Assembly: GCA_963514005.1 (NCBI GenBank)
Contig: OY740804.1
Span: forward strand, 37,386,001 to 37,450,000
From: Raja brachyura
Lineage: Eukaryota
Reading direction: 5' to 3'
DNA length: 64,000 bases
Positions 36,653-52,310 of this stretch are shown here, one piece after another (position 1 is the stretch's first letter; every line of letters starts with the position of its first letter). The notes beneath the pieces are model-generated. The model made no database searches and was not told the DNA's origin. It saw nothing but the letters and a program-made list of their open reading frames with translations. Position numbers and translations under genes: made by a program.

Positions 36653-37223
36653 ATAGCACTTTCTTAAATTAAATCTCATGCGCTTTCCACAGCAAAGAAA
36701 CAGTGTACACTTCTAATCACATTTAAGTTGGAGGAATAACTGTTTCTCTACTGTATTCCTGCTGCCACATTCTCATCACCAGCATCAATTTCCACTGCAT
36801 AATTTGCATTTTCATGTGATCTATGTATGAACTGAAAGGTTCACACGGCAGTTGCACACACTATGGCTTCCTTTACGACCAGCTTGTATCTGAACAACCA
36901 TTTTATCTTCTTCTCCTGAAGCCATTCCTCCTACAGCAAACGTTGACATATCAGTGTAGTTGGCTTCACGCCTATCTAAAGTGTGTTTAGTGTAACGGCT
37001 GCCTTTGACTCATTCGACCAACTGCGACACCATTAACAATGTAATTCTCACTGGACCTGCCAGGGCACCCACGCACACTTAAGCATGCATAGACTCTGCC
37101 CTGGCCATACTGCATCTGCCCCACATTTCTCCATACCAGCTGTGCCAGTCACTGCCGGAGACACTCTCATGCCTCTGTACTTGTCAATACTCACAGTTAT
37201 CCTCTACTATGATAACACTGTAA

Positions 37224-37532
37224 TGGGCCTGTCCCACTTACGCAACTTTTTCGGCGACTGCCAGCACCTGACGCAGGTCACCGAAAATTTTCAATATGTT
37301 GAAAATCCAGCGGCGACCAGAAAGATGCTACGACTCTTTGGGCGACTGATGGAGGCTACTCACGACCGTACAGCCGACACCCTGGTGAAGCCTGTGAGTA
37401 GCTGCCCAAAGAGCCGTACCTTGTTCTGGTCGCCGCTGGATTTTCAACATGTTGAAAATTTTCGGTGACCTGCAACAACCTATGACGGGTGCCAGAAGTC
37501 GCTGGAAATTTTGTGTAAGTGGGACAGGCCCA
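37224..37532. mobile_element. PIF/Harbinger-type MITE
   Basis: TIRs TGGGCCTGTCCCACTTAC / GTAAGTGGGACAGGCCCA; whole element quasi-palindromic; TAA/TTA flanks. Confidence 0.85.
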
Positions 37533-37657
37533 TTAGTGTTTCAAGTGGCAATTGTGGGCAATTGTGTACATTATAGTACTGACGGCTCAAGTGTAAGTCA
37601 GCTTCTTTTTACCTCTATCTTCAAGCTAGGTATGTATGTTGGCTACCATCCTGACCA

Positions 37658-38379
37658 CCAGGGGCGCCGGGGAGATGGCAGCCCTGTCGGCAGTCTGTTC
37701 GTTTTGTCATCTTTTTGTTATTTTTAGCGTTTGTTTTAATGTACTTCGGTTTGTTTTATGTGGGGGAAGGGGAGAGGGGATTGGGGGAAGCCTTTTTTCA
37801 AGTTTCTACCTTCCCAGAGATGTGATCAATTCTCCGGATCACATTCTCCGGGCTCTGGGGCCTACCATCGCTGGAGCTGGAAGCCTCCTCGGACTGTCGT
37901 GAGCCCCACCGCGGGGCGCGGACTTAACATCGGAGCGGATCCCTTGCCTGAGATCACTCCCACCGCGGCCGGCGGACTTACCATCCAGAGCTCCAACGCC
38001 GATGAAGGTTCGACCAGCCCCGACGGGAGGTTCGATCGCCCGGCGCGGGGGAGCTGACAACCCCCCGATGTAGGAGCTGATCGCCTCGACGTGGAGGGCC
38101 CCAATGCCGCCGGCTACGGGAGTCAAGACCGTCCCGTCAACGGAGGCTCGAGGCCCCCGACCGAGGAAGAACAAAAGGAAGGACTTGAAGTTTATTTTGC
38201 CTTCCATCACAGTGAGGAGTGTGAAGGAGTCACTGTGGTGGATGTTCATGTTAAATGTGTTTTTGAGTCTGTTGCTTTTAATTGGATGACTGACCTGGCC
38301 AGTGAAAATCCTCATATGTTGCCAAATATACTTGGCGAATAAAATCTGATTCTGATTCAGATTTTGATTCTGATTCTGA
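37658..38379 (+). mobile_element. GC-rich non-autonomous (bipartite) retroelement with Rex1-type tail
   Basis: 5' end shared with 4241; hairpin 38203-38242; tail ..ATACTTGGCGAATAAA-(TTCTGA)n. Confidence 0.7.
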
Positions 38380-39041
38380 TATCAATGTCGCTAATATTGT
38401 GAATGCTTCTGTCACTGGTTCAATCCATGTAATGTAGGTAGTATCAAGAGCCACGGAGCGACAAGGAGATAGACACAAAATGTTGAAGTTCCTAGGATAG
38501 AGGACTCTAAAATCGGAGGGCGTAGGCTTAACTTGAGAGGAGAGACATTAATGAGGGACCTCAGGGGAAACTCACTCAGAGAGGTAGTCTGCAACTGGCA
38601 TGAGTTCCCAGAGGAAGTAGAAGCAGGTGCAATTATGACTTTTAAAAGACATTTGTACAGATGTATGGATAGGAAAGGTTTAGAGGGCTATGGGCCAAAT
38701 GCAGGCAAATGTGACTCAGTCAATATGCCAATTTATTTGTAATGGGTTTCCTGCAGGGCCAAAGGGCCTGTTTCCGTGCTGTAAATGACTCTAAATCTTT
38801 AGTATTGATCTGAGAGTAAATGACTGCTTGGATTTAAGTATTTAATCTAAACGATGACACACTCAGAGAACTATACTAGAGTGATCGTCCCGTTTATGAC
38901 CAGAGATCTGTGGACAAGCTCTGGAACCTGCAACCTAATACCTCACAGGTTGGAGAGGCTCGCACTGAACCGCGCAGAGACAAATGGTGTGGACCTTCTG
39001 ACCTCTATTTGGGATTCTGTTGTGTGAAGAGTGTACTCTTC

Positions 39042-39592
<551 letters not shown>

Positions 39593-40519
39593 TGAAAGAG
39601 ACGCCTTGGTGTTATATAGATTCATAGAGTTATACAGTGTGGAAACAGGCACTTTGGCCCAACTTGCCCACACTAGCCAACATGTCCCAGCTACACAGGT
39701 TCCACCTGCTTGCGTTTGGTCCATATCCCTCCAAAGTTGTCCTATCCATGTTGGTGGTGTATGGCACAGACCATATGCAGATACAATCTGTTTTAACTCA
39801 AATACACCAGATAGATCAACAGGGGAGAGACAAAATGCAGAATATAGTCCGCACTATCGTAAAGCACTGTAGCGCATCAGTTCCTGGGACAAAGTCCAAT
39901 GTCCTCAATGTGATGAAGGTGAATCGAACAGTACCCTATCTTATAGAATCCATTGTCAATTCACTGTGATCTAAGATGGGAATGAACTAAACTAAAACTA
40001 AACTAAAATCGGTATAGAGGGGGCACTAAGAATCTTATATGGGATGAGTTTGCAGTTCGCAAACTCTGGTGAAACATTTATTGAGTTGTCTAATTAGGCT
40101 TGGGGGAAATACTGTTCTTTTTGTCCACAAGTTAATTCTGTGAAACATTGTACTTTATGATCTCAGCCTGCATTGCCCCATTTCAGCTGCCATATTTCTG
40201 GAACCCTTGGGTGCAAGGATCTGATTGGAAAGAATTGCAGATTTTCCATTCTGCTTTGTAGCCGATGCATCACTCGAGTATTTTTTCCCAAACAAATGGG
40301 TGCCACTGTCTCTACATATTAGCGTGCAGGAAGTCTGGATCCCGTTTGGGTGCAAACCCTAATCTATGGAAATATCTAATGGGTACAGGGGAGGATTGCA
40401 TAACACCTCTCCATTAGATTTCCGATCAAATGGACTTTGATCATACATTTAGGAGGTTAACTTGTTATGCACGAGTTGATCATGTCAGATCACTTTGTCA
40501 GCTGTGGTATGGTTGGTTA

Positions 40520-41682
40520 CATTGAGTCATAGAATCATACAACATGGAAACAGATCCTTCGGCTCAGTTTGCCCATGTCAACGAAGGTGCACCAATCCAC
40601 CTACCCACGATTGGCCCATATCCCTCTGAACTTTTCCTATCCATGTATTCTGTCTCAACTGTTTCCTCTCGCAGGCAGCTCATTTCATATACCCACCGCC
40701 CTCTGTGTGAAAATGTTGCCCCCTCAGATTCCTATTAAATCTTTCCCCTTAAATTTTAAACCTATGTGCACTGGCACTTTATTCCCATACACTGGGTAAA
40801 AGATTCTGTGCATGTACCTTATCTATTCCCCTCAAGATTTTATGCACCTCTTTAATATCACCCTCATCCTCCGGCGCTTCACGGAATCAAGACCTAGTCT
40901 GCCTAACCTCACCCTCTAGCTCAGGCCTCCCAGTCCTGTCAACATCCTTGTACATTTTCACTGCACCCTTTCCAGCTTAACCATGTCTTTCCTATAACAG
41001 GGTGACCAAAACTGAACATAGTACTTCAACTGTGGCGTCTCCAGCATCTTGTGTAGCTGTAACTTAACATCCCAACTTCTACACTTCATATTCTGAGTGA
41101 TGAAGGTCAATGTGCCAAAAGCCTTCTTGACCACCTTTATCTACCCGTGACGCCACGTTCAAGAAACTCTGTACTTGCACTCCTGGACCGCTCTGCTCCA
41201 CAGCATTCCCCAGATTCTTTCCATTTACTGTGAAGATTCTGTCCCAGTTAGACTTCTCAAAATGCAATACATGGGAAGAAACTCCATCTCATCCTCTCTC
41301 TTTTCTCCGCTGTCACGCTGTGAAAGCAGAGAGGATGAGACAGAGTTTCTTCCCACAGGCCATCAGGACTGTAAGCTCTTATCTCACCAGGGACTCATTT
41401 ATGTACCAATATACTGTTATGTTGTGTCTTTTTTAATTTTTTGTTTTTTTTCTAACATGTAAATAATGATTCTGTTCTATTCTGTTCTGTAGTTTTTGCA
41501 CAATCCACCGGCATTGCCACTTTCATTCCACTGCACATGTTGTATGTGTATGTGACAAATAAAGTTGACTTGATCTGCAATAACCTCCAATAACCATTCT
41601 TCTGCCCACTTGCCCAACTGATCAAGATCCTGGTTGATCAAGATGAAGATAACCATCTTCACTATCCACAATTCCACCAATA
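40520..41682 (-). mobile_element. Degenerate CR1 3' region with a nested Rex1-like tail (about 41330-41572, +)
   Basis: CR1 RT remnants (DLDQLGKWAEEW) and 3'UTR; nested SFFPQAIR motif with TGACAAATAAA tail. Confidence 0.65.
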
Positions 41683-41758
41683 GCCTTGGGGGCCATGGGT
41701 GAATAGGTGAGAGGTGACGCTGGGTTCCACTCTCATGGTGGTGCTTTCTCTTTCATTG

Positions 41759-43236
<1,478 letters not shown>

Positions 43237-43707
43237 TAATATTCAAACACCATCAGGGTGTCTGTCGCCTCACCCTTTGTTCCTCCTGCAGCCGGGTAAA
43301 CCTACAAGATCTCTGCGACCCTCTACCATTGGCCTTAAGTGCATTCCTGATTTTAATCCTCCTGCTTTTGCCACCTTTAGCTCCCTTGGCTCTGACCTGG
43401 AATTTTTGTGGTAAACTCCTCAGCCACATATTCTCTTCCATTAAGCATTTGGAATCTAGCCTCTCAAACTTGCAATCAGTTCCACAGTTCTTGGCCTGGA
43501 ACTGATACTCGGGTCTGATCGAGATGGGACGTGCTTCCATACATTTAGGTGTTACCATTTTTGGGCTGTGAAATCACAAGAGAAGTGTTCTGATTCTGAT
43601 GAGAATGAGAAAGAAAATTCAATCCCAGATTCCTGAATCATGGAAAAGGTTCTTATCTTTGAGCATGTCCATTAAAATAGTTCCATTGCAGATTAAGTGA
43701 AATATTA

Positions 43708-43931
43708 CAAGGTCGACAAAACTGCTGGAGAAACTCAGCGGGTGAGGCAGCATCTATGGAGCGAAGGGATAGGTGATGTTTTGGGTCGAGACCCTTCTTC
43801 AGACTGAAGAAGGGTCTCGACCTGAAACGTCACCTATTCCTTCGCGCCATAGATGCTGCCTCACCCGCTGAGTTTCTCCAGCATTTTTGTCTACTTTGGA
43901 TTTTTACAGCATCTGCAGTTCCTTCTTAAAC
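43708..43931. mobile_element. Palindromic Penelope-derived insertion
   Basis: About 95-bp arms meeting at CTTCTTCAG-A-CTGAAGAAG (centre near 43803). Confidence 0.85.
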
Positions 43932-44939
43932 GAGTGCAATTTTATGAAAAGACCCAATGCCCGTTTTACTCTTCATCTTAATTCTTAGACGGGTCTTATA
44001 ATTGGTGTATAGCTCCATGCTTTTATGCTCAATGGACAAAGGCAGCTTTAGCCATTTTCATGGGATGATTTCAAATTTCTCCATGGGATGAGTTATGGTG
44101 TAGGACATCCAATGGGAAACTGGTCTTCCTTGAGTTTAATAATATCTGTCTCGGCCAAAGGAGGGACATTCATCAATCCTGCCCATGCCCTTTTAAAGTT
44201 ATGATGATGGAGAAGGAACAGCTCCAGGGAAATTTCCAGCCGATGCACAAAATACCGTGAGGCTCGTATTCTGATGGCATGATTTGGTTGCTTCATTTTG
44301 CTGCATATCAGATTTGGATGAATGAATCTGCACATGAATCGATATCTCTGGGTCTGACATTTCAATATACAGTCGAGGGTTGAGAACACAAAACTCGGGT
44401 TGACACTCGTAGTGCAGCCCTGATGGACTGCTCTGCTAACTGAGTCATAGAGTTACAAATGTTAGAAATAGTTGGACACAAGGAACTGAAGTTGCTGGAA
44501 CCTGGAGCAAAGCACAGAGTGCTGGAGTACCTCAGTTGGTCAGGCAGCATCTCCCAGGGAATGATGGGAGATGTTTCAGGTCAGGATCCTTGTTCAGACT
44601 GATTGTAGAAGAGGGAGAAAGCTGGTAAAGATGTGGGGACGGGACAAAGCCTGGCAGGTGATGGGTGGATGCAGATGCGGGGAATTGATTGGTGGACAAA
44701 GACTTGGGATGATAAGAAGTTACTGTAAATGTCTGTTAGATTAGGCGAGAAGAGGAATGACATGTAAACCCAAGGAGGGGATATAGGTGGAAGGGAATGG
44801 TGGAGGGGGTGGGGGAGTGGGTGTGGGGTGGGGGGGGGGGGCAGAATAATGGGAGAAATGGGTGGACAGTGAGGGGGGTGGAGGGTGGGGTGGTGGTACA
44901 GGAATGAGAGAGGGGACCTTTCTCGAGACCACCTACTTG

Positions 44940-45598
44940 AGACTACGTCTTCTGTGGACAAATACTTCATCGTACAAGTTTACAACCATACCTTGGAGTT
45001 CATCTTGATAGCAAGCTTTCGTGGGGACAACATGGTCACTAAAGGCACGAGGATTCCTTGGACGAATCCTCTGGTCTGCCTAAAGGAAGTGAAAACCACA
45101 GCAAATACAACATTAGTTAGACCGTTACTGGAATACGATTCATGCGCCTGGGATCCACACAAGACTGGCCATATCAACAAACTAGAAGGGGTACACAGGA
45201 AAGCAGCACGCGTTTGCATCGGGAACTACAATAGAGGTGGCAGTGTCACCCAGATGCTATCTGACCTGGAGGGGGAATCGCTGGATACAAGAAGGGCAAG
45301 GAACAGACTAGCCATGTTGTACAAGATTCAAAAGGGGATCATGGGCATAACTGCAGATAGATACGTAACGTACTCAACTCAAAAGAACAAGAAATAGAAA
45401 TGATATGCAAATAGAAACCCCATTCGTCAGGACAGATATTTATAATTCTTCGTAAGGGAATGGAATAAACTAGACAACAATATAGTCAAATCACCTTCAC
45501 TAGACAGTTTTAAGGGGGCAATAACAGCACGTTAGTATGCACAACACATCCAAGTTGGCATTATGCAGAGAACTGCCCTGCCGACTACAAATACAGAA
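44940..45598 (+). mobile_element. Divergent CR1-group LINE 3' fragment
   Basis: LVRPLLEYDSCAWDPH....LEGVHRKAARV....Y....SVTQML.DL....L..RR...RL.MLYKI; nested within a Penelope fragment. Confidence 0.7.
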
Positions 45599-47069
45599 GG
45601 TTCAAAAGGGGAAGGAGGGATGTTATTTAAAATTGGAGAATTTAATGTTCTTATCAAAGATAGACACAATATGCTGGGGTAACGCAGCGGGACAGGCAGT
45701 ATCTCTGGATAGAAGGAATGGGTTATGTTTCGGGTGGAAATCCTTCTTCAGGCTGTTCACATAGTTGGCTTATTAGCGACCCAAATGGAATATGAGGTGC
45801 TGTTCCTCTAGTTGTCACAATAATTGCTTGAGACGTTCAACGTGTAAAAAAATGGCATGATGTTATTTGATACGCATTCTCCCAGCTAACAAACCTCTCG
45901 CAACCCACATTGGCAACAGCGGGTTGAGTGACAACCGTAGGGGTGGCCGTGCACTTTGTACAGCCCACCAGCAGAACCACAATGATTGGATTCCAAAGTA
46001 GCTTTTGTTTGGGAGCTGATTTGGAAAGTCACAGTTGATGTAATGCATAGGTTAGACCGCACAAGGTATTGCTGGTTGTCACACTATTGGGAGGATGTGA
46101 TTACACTGGAAAGAGTCGAAAGGAGATTCACTAGGATGGTGCTTGGTAGTTTACTAACAAGATTGAATAAAGCTGGAGTGAAGGAAGCTGCAGGGGGACC
46201 TATGATATGTAAAACTATGAGAGGCACAGATAGTCAGGTACGAATCAATCCACACAGTAATGCACCTTTGTTGCGCACTAACCAGTCAGCAGAAAGACAA
46301 TATGTGATTAGAATCGAGCCACCCACAGTGTGCAGATACATGAGAGAGGGATTAACATGAATAATATTTAGACCAAGATAATGCCAGTGAACTCTAATCA
46401 AATATAGTCCGAGGGTCTCCAATGAGGTAGATAGTAGTTCAGGGCTGCTCTAGTTGTGGTAGGATGGTTCAGTTGCCTGGTAACAGCTGGGATGAAACTC
46501 TGGATGTGTGCATTTTCACACTTCTATACCTTTCGCTCGATGGGAGAGGGGAGAAGAGGGTGTGGCCAGGGTGCGACTCGTCATTGATTATGCTGCTGGC
46601 CTTACTGAGGCAGCGTGAGAGACATTTAATAGACATTTAGACAGGCCCTTACACAGACTAGGCATTGAAGGATATGGAGAGCTGGCAAATGGGATTTGTG
46701 TGGGTGGGCAAAAGCTCATCATGGATGTGATAGGAATGAAGGGCCAAATTCTGTGCTGTAACACTCATCCACCTTTAATCCCGCTAAGACATTTCCTGCC
46801 TCCTTTTTAATAATAACACATTCTCGAATTTCACCATGCACTTCCCTGAATACCACTTTGCCAACCAGCAAGAAAATGGTTAAGTGTGGGCGTGTCCAGG
46901 TGATCATCAGTTCTGAGTGCAATAATGTCCTTGAAAATATGCTGAGGCTCGTTATGAATGTATTAATGTAGTGAGACTGGTTCCACCAAGATGCAGTCCA
47001 AAACACCACAGGAGATCCTTCTTCCCTGCGGCTATCAAACTGTACAACTCTTCCCCTTCTGCGTTGGGG

Positions 47070-47497
47070 TAGTGGGCAGAAATCCTGGGGGACACGCCCC
47101 CCCCCCCCCCCCCTGCTTTGAGAGGTGGGGGGGTCAATCTCCCCCATGTTTTTTAATCCGGACTTTATCAGACACTTTCTAAAGGCTGAATCGGCTCGTT
47201 CACGGTACCTTTCAGCGCCCCGCGCGGCTTAAAATCAAACTGCTGAATCGAGGCGATCGAGGCGATCGAGGCTCCCGACGTTGAAGTCCCCGCGGGCCGA
47301 TTAAAGGCCCCGCGAACGGGCCGATTCAAGGCCCACGATTTGGGGCGGACAAAGCTGCTATTGCTGAAGTTCGGAGTCGATCACCAACCAGGTCAGCTCC
47401 CGATGTTACCGTCCACAGGCCCACGGCCGAAGCCTCACGCGCGCCCGCCAAGAAACTGTGTCACCCCCATGTTTTGATAGCGATTTTGTGCTTGTGT
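47070..47497. mobile_element. Possible degenerate non-autonomous DNA transposon
   Basis: CpG-rich island with weak terminal inverted similarity (GCAGAAATC / GATTTTGTGC) and repeated CCCCCATGTTTT. Confidence 0.35.
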
Positions 47498-48063
47498 AGA
47501 CTGACTCCTAGATTAAATCCTGACCTCCTGTGCTTTTTGCTTGGAGTTTGCACACTCTCCCTGTTACCACATGGGTCGCTGTGGTTTCCACATCCCAAAG
47601 ACAAGCTGGTTGGTAGATTCATTGGCTCATTCAATTAGCCCAAGTATGTGGAAGGTTATTAAAACCGGAGTGAGTGGTTGGAAATGTGGGGAGAATGCCA
47701 TGTGATTAACGTCTACAAATGGGTGTTTGATTGTTGGTGCGGACTCAGTGAGCCAAACTTTCTGTTTCTATGGCAAAGCTGTCTGAAGAAGGGTCTCGGC
47801 TTGAAACGCCACCCATCCCTTCTCTCCAGATATGCTGCCTGTCCCGCTGAGGTACCCCAGCATTTTGTGTTCTATCTTTGATGCAAACCAGCACTTGCAG
47901 TTCCTTCCTACACATGCCATTTTTTAATTGTTGTAATTGGATGTCAATTAGCTATGTGGGCAACTCTAGAGGTTGTAGTTCCATGGAGGTTTTGTAGAAT
48001 AGTGTTTCATTTACTGGATTGAAATTCATTTGCATGGACCATTGATCTGGAGACATAGATTTG

Positions 48064-48348
48064 TGGGCAGCACAGTGGCGTAGCGGTAGAGTTTCTGCCT
48101 TACAGCACCAGAGGCCAGGCTCGATCCTGACTACGGGTTCTGTCTGCATTGAGTTTGTACATTCTCCCTGTGACCACGTGGGTTTTCTTTGGGTGCTCCG
48201 GTTTCCTCCCATTCTCCAAAGACGTACAGGTTTGTGGGTTAATTGGCTTCTGTAAATTGTCCCGAGTGTGTTGGATCATGCCATGTGTGGGATGACCACT
48301 GGTCAGCGTGGACTCGGTTTCCACACTGTTTCTCTGAAGTCTAAAGTT
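48064..48348 (+). mobile_element. HE1/V-SINE-type SINE
   Basis: A box TGGCGTAGCGG, B-box-like GCTCGATCC, V-domain core. Confidence 0.8.
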
Positions 48349-48417
48349 AATTCAGATCTTACCTTGTCTGTCGAGGGATTTAAATGAATCTGGAATGAAA
48401 AAAGCAACTAACAGTAT

Positions 48418-49270
48418 TGATACAATACAATACAATACCGTTTATTGTCATTTGAACCTCATTGAGGTTCAAACGAAATTTAGTTTCTGCAGTCATAAAA
48501 ACAAGAAAAGAACCAAGGTACAACACAATTTACACAAACATCCATCACAGTGAATCTCCTCCTCACTGTGATGGAAGGCAAAGTCGTATCTCTCCCCTGA
48601 TCTCCCCATTCTCCTCCCGAGATCAGAGTCAAAGTCCCCGGCGGGCGATGTTAAATAAGTCCCGTGGCCATTTAGGCCGCGCCGGGCGATGCAAGGCCGT
48701 GCTCCGGGTCTTGATGCTTGAGCCCCCAGCGGACGCATACAAGTCCCGCAGCCATTAAAGCCATGCCGGTCGATGTAAAGCCCCGCTACGGGTCATCTCG
48801 GGCGGGAGAAGTTGCCGCCACGGGAGCTCCGAAAAGCGGTCTCCCACCAGGGACCCGCGAGCTCCCGGTGTTACCGTCCACCGGCCTGCAGCTGGAGCCT
48901 CCGAATCTCCGGGGTCGGGAAGCAGCAGCGCACCACCACAGCTCCTCCCGTTCCGAACTCGGCCAGCTCCACGATGGTGAGTAGCCTGCAGCTCCGCGAC
49001 TGGAGCCCCAGGTCCGGTTGGAGGCCGCTCCACGGTGCAAGGCCCCAACGACAACGGAGACCCAGCAGAGAAAAGGTCGGGTCCTCCGTACAGGGAAAAG
49101 TTTTTAAAAGTTTCCCCCACCCCCCCACCCTCCCCCCACACCCCCACCCTCCCCCCACACACATACCCAGCTTAAAAAAACACTATAACTAAACTCAAAC
49201 AAGACAAAAAATTTAAAAAATGACAGACGGACTGCAGAGGCCGCTGCGATGAGAGTCGCGCCGCCCACCA
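48418..49270 (-). mobile_element. GC-rich non-autonomous (bipartite) retroelement with a second Rex1-type tail
   Basis: Perfect 13-bp hairpin at 48541-48575; tail AAATTTCGTTTGAAC..ATGACAATAAA-(TATTG)n. Confidence 0.7.
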
Positions 49271-49660
49271 GAACGATGACGATGAAATGACTCCATTGTA
49301 AAAATCTACTGGGTGCACCAATATCTTTCAGTGAAAGAAGTCCTTCATCCTTACTCAGTGTGGCCAAATGTCATTCCAGAACCATCAATGTAGTTGATTC
49401 TTAAATACCTTCTCAATTCAAGGCAAGCAAGGCTGATGTCAGTGATGCCCATATCTTGTATATGAATAAAGAAGTGAGAGAGTGTGGCAGGCTACCAATT
49501 AGATGTCATTACCTGATTCTCACTCCAGGGTGTCTGACAAAGCTATATGTTATATGTGCAAACTATGACACTGAATATTAGCAGGGATAATCTTTATAGA
49601 TTTGATAATCTTGATAACCTTGGGATGCCACGGCAGCACAGTGGTAGAGTTGCTGCCTAA

Positions 49661-49949
49661 TGCCCCTGTCCCACTTAGGAAACCTGAACAGGAACCTCTG
49701 GAGACTTTGCGCCCCACCCAAGGTTTCCGTGTGGTTCCCGGAGGTTCCCAGAGGTTTTTGTCAGTCTCCCTAATTGTCGAAAGTGGTTTATGTTTTAAAG
49801 TTCGGTAATTTTTTAGTCGAAGCTGGTTGCGGTGCTAGTTGATGGTGGTTGCCGGAGGACAAAAACCTCCGAGAGCCGCACGGAAACCTTGGGTGGGGCG
49901 CAAAGTCTCCAGAGGTTTCCGTTCAAGTTTCCTAAGTGGGACAGGGGCA
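49661..49949. mobile_element. PIF/Harbinger-type MITE nested in an HE1-type SINE (49628-50210)
   Basis: TIRs TGCCCCTGTCCCACTTAGGAAAC / GTTTCCTAAGTGGGACAGGGGCA; TAA/TTA flanks. Confidence 0.85.
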
Positions 49950-50247
49950 TTAAAGTGCTTGCAGCACCAGAGACTCGGGTTCGATTCCGACTATGCGTGC
50001 TGTTTGTACGTTCTCCCTGTGACCGTGTGGGTTTTCTCCGAGATCTTCGGTTTCCTCCCACACTTCAAAGACGTACAGGTATGTAGGTAAAATTGGCTTG
50101 GTGTACGTGTAATTTATCACTTGTGTGTGTAGGGTAGAGTTAGTCTGCGGGGATTATAGGTCGGTGAGGACTTGGTGAGCAGAAGGGCATGTTTCCGCGC
50201 TGTGCACCAAAATCATCATGTCCTCCCTTCCTTACAAGAGTAATTTA

Positions 50248-51446
50248 TAGTGGCTTGCAAAAGTTTTCATACCCCTTGAACTTTTCCACATTTTGTCACG
50301 TTACAACCACAAACGTAAATGTATTTTATTGGGATTTTATGTGATAGACCAACACAAAGTAGTGCATAATTGTGAAGTGGAAGGAAAATGATACATGGTT
50401 TTCAAATGTTTTTACAAATAAAAAACTGAAAAGTGTGGCGTGCAAAAGTATTCAGCCCCCTCTGGAGGAGTTGCAGAGATCCACAGCTCAGGTGGGAGAA
50501 TCTGTCCACAGGACAACTATTAGTCATGCACTCCACAAATCGGGCTTTATGGAAGAGTGGCAAGAAGAAAGCCATTGTTGAAACAAAGCCATAAGAAGTC
50601 CTGTTTGCAGTTTGCCACAAGCCATGTGGGGGACACAGCAAACATGTGGAGGAAGGTGCTCTGGTCTGATGAGACCAAAATTGCAGTTTTTGGCCTAAAT
50701 GCAAAACGCTATGTATGGCAGAAAACTAACATTGCACATCACCCTGAACACACCATCCCCACTGTGAAACATGGTGGTGGCAGCATCATGCTGTGGGGAT
50801 GCTTTTCTTCAGCAGGGACAGGGAAGCTGGTCAGAGTTGATGGGAAGATGGATGGAGCCATATACAGGGCAATCTTGGAAGAAAACCTGTTAGAATCTGC
50901 AAAAGACTTGAGACTGGGGCGGAGGTTCACCTTCCAGCAGGACAACGACCCTAAACATACAGCCAGAGCTACAATGGAATGGTTTAGATCAAAGCATATT
51001 CATGTGTTAGAATGGCCCAGTCGAAGTCCAGACCTAAATCCAATTGAGAATCAGGACTTGAAAATTGAAGTTCACAAACGCTCTCCATCCAATCTGACTG
51101 AGCTTGAGCTATTTTGCAAAGAAGAATGGGCAAAAATTTCAGTCTCTAGATGTGCAAAGCTGGTAGAGACATACGCCAAAAGACTTGCAGCTGTAATTGC
51201 AGCGAAAGGTGGTTCTACAAAGTATTGACTCAGGGGGGCTGAACACTTTTGAACGCCACACTTTTCAGTTTTTTATTTGTAATAAAATTTGGAAACCATG
51301 TATCATTTTCCTTCCACTTCACAATTATGCACCACTTTGTGTTGGTCTATCACATAAAATCCCAATAAAATACATTTATGTTTGTGGTTGTAATGTGACA
51401 AAATGTGGAAAAGTTCAAGGGGTATGAAAACTTTTGCAAGCCACTG
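50248..51446 (+). mobile_element. Tc1/mariner DNA transposon with about 210-bp IR/DR-type TIRs, internally deleted
   Basis: TA TSD (50246-47, 51447-48); TIRs 50248-50460 and about 51232-51446. Confidence 0.93.
50461..51228 (+). pseudogene. Tc1 DD34E transposase remnant (N-terminus deleted, frameshift near 50545)
   Basis: [42 protein letters not shown] (34 residues between D and E), KGGSTKY. Confidence 0.92.
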
Positions 51447-52053
51447 TAGATAGCTCTACCACCTCACATAACTGGCTTTATTGCCTGTGGAACTCATTTA
51501 CCACCCGGGACCATTATGCAGGGTGCCAGGACCATTCCTTCCTGTTGAAATAAAAATATTGTATTCCGCTGATTACATTTGACAATAGACAGGAGTGCAG
51601 GAGTAGACCATTCGGCCCTTCGAATCAGCACTGCCATTCACTGTGATCGTGGCTGATCATCCACATTCAGTACCCCGTTCCTGCCTTCTCACCATATCCT
51701 CTGACTCTGCTATCTTTAAGAGCTCTATTTAACTCTCTCTTGAAAGCATCCAGAGAATCGGCCTCCACTGCCTTCTGCGGCAGAGAATTCCACAGATTCA
51801 CAACTCTCTGGGTGTAAAAGTTTTTCCTCGTCTCTGTTCTAAATGGCCTATAATTTGAGCATGCATCACATACTGCTCGCCCATCACCCTGTATCATTGA
51901 CCCACATTGTCTTTAAATCCAGCAACACGTCCCAATTAAATCCTGTGCTTTTCAAAATCGTCCATGAAGAGCATTACAACAGGATCTAGGTCAGGTGGTC
52001 CAAGGAATGGCAAATGGAATCCAACTCTGACAAAAGGGAAGTGTTGCATTGTG

Positions 52054-52310
52054 GTTTAAAGATCCAGCGTGGAAACAGGCCCTTTGCCCCACCGAGTTGG
52101 CACCGACCATCAATCCCCACACGTAAACACTATCCAACACACACTAGAGACAATCTTTTTAAAACCTTGTTATACCAAGCCAATTAACCTACAGAGTATG
52201 GGAGGAAGATCTCTGAGAAAACCCATGCAGGTCACGGGGAGAACGTACAAACTCTGTGTAGGCAGCACCCGTAGTTGGGAGCGAACCCGAGTCTCTGGCG
52301 CTGTGAGGCT
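52054..52310 (-). mobile_element. HE1/V-SINE-type SINE, partial
   Basis: Reverse complement of the family core. Confidence 0.7.

Noticed and set aside
37758-38342. Cluster of overlapping ORFs (also 48462-49192 and 42697-43239)
   Set aside because: Stop-poor GC-rich repeat interiors with no protein-family signature
44780-44900. G-rich quadruplex-like tract
   Set aside because: Lies in the purine-rich strand of a Penelope 3' region seen in other copies; not locus-specific
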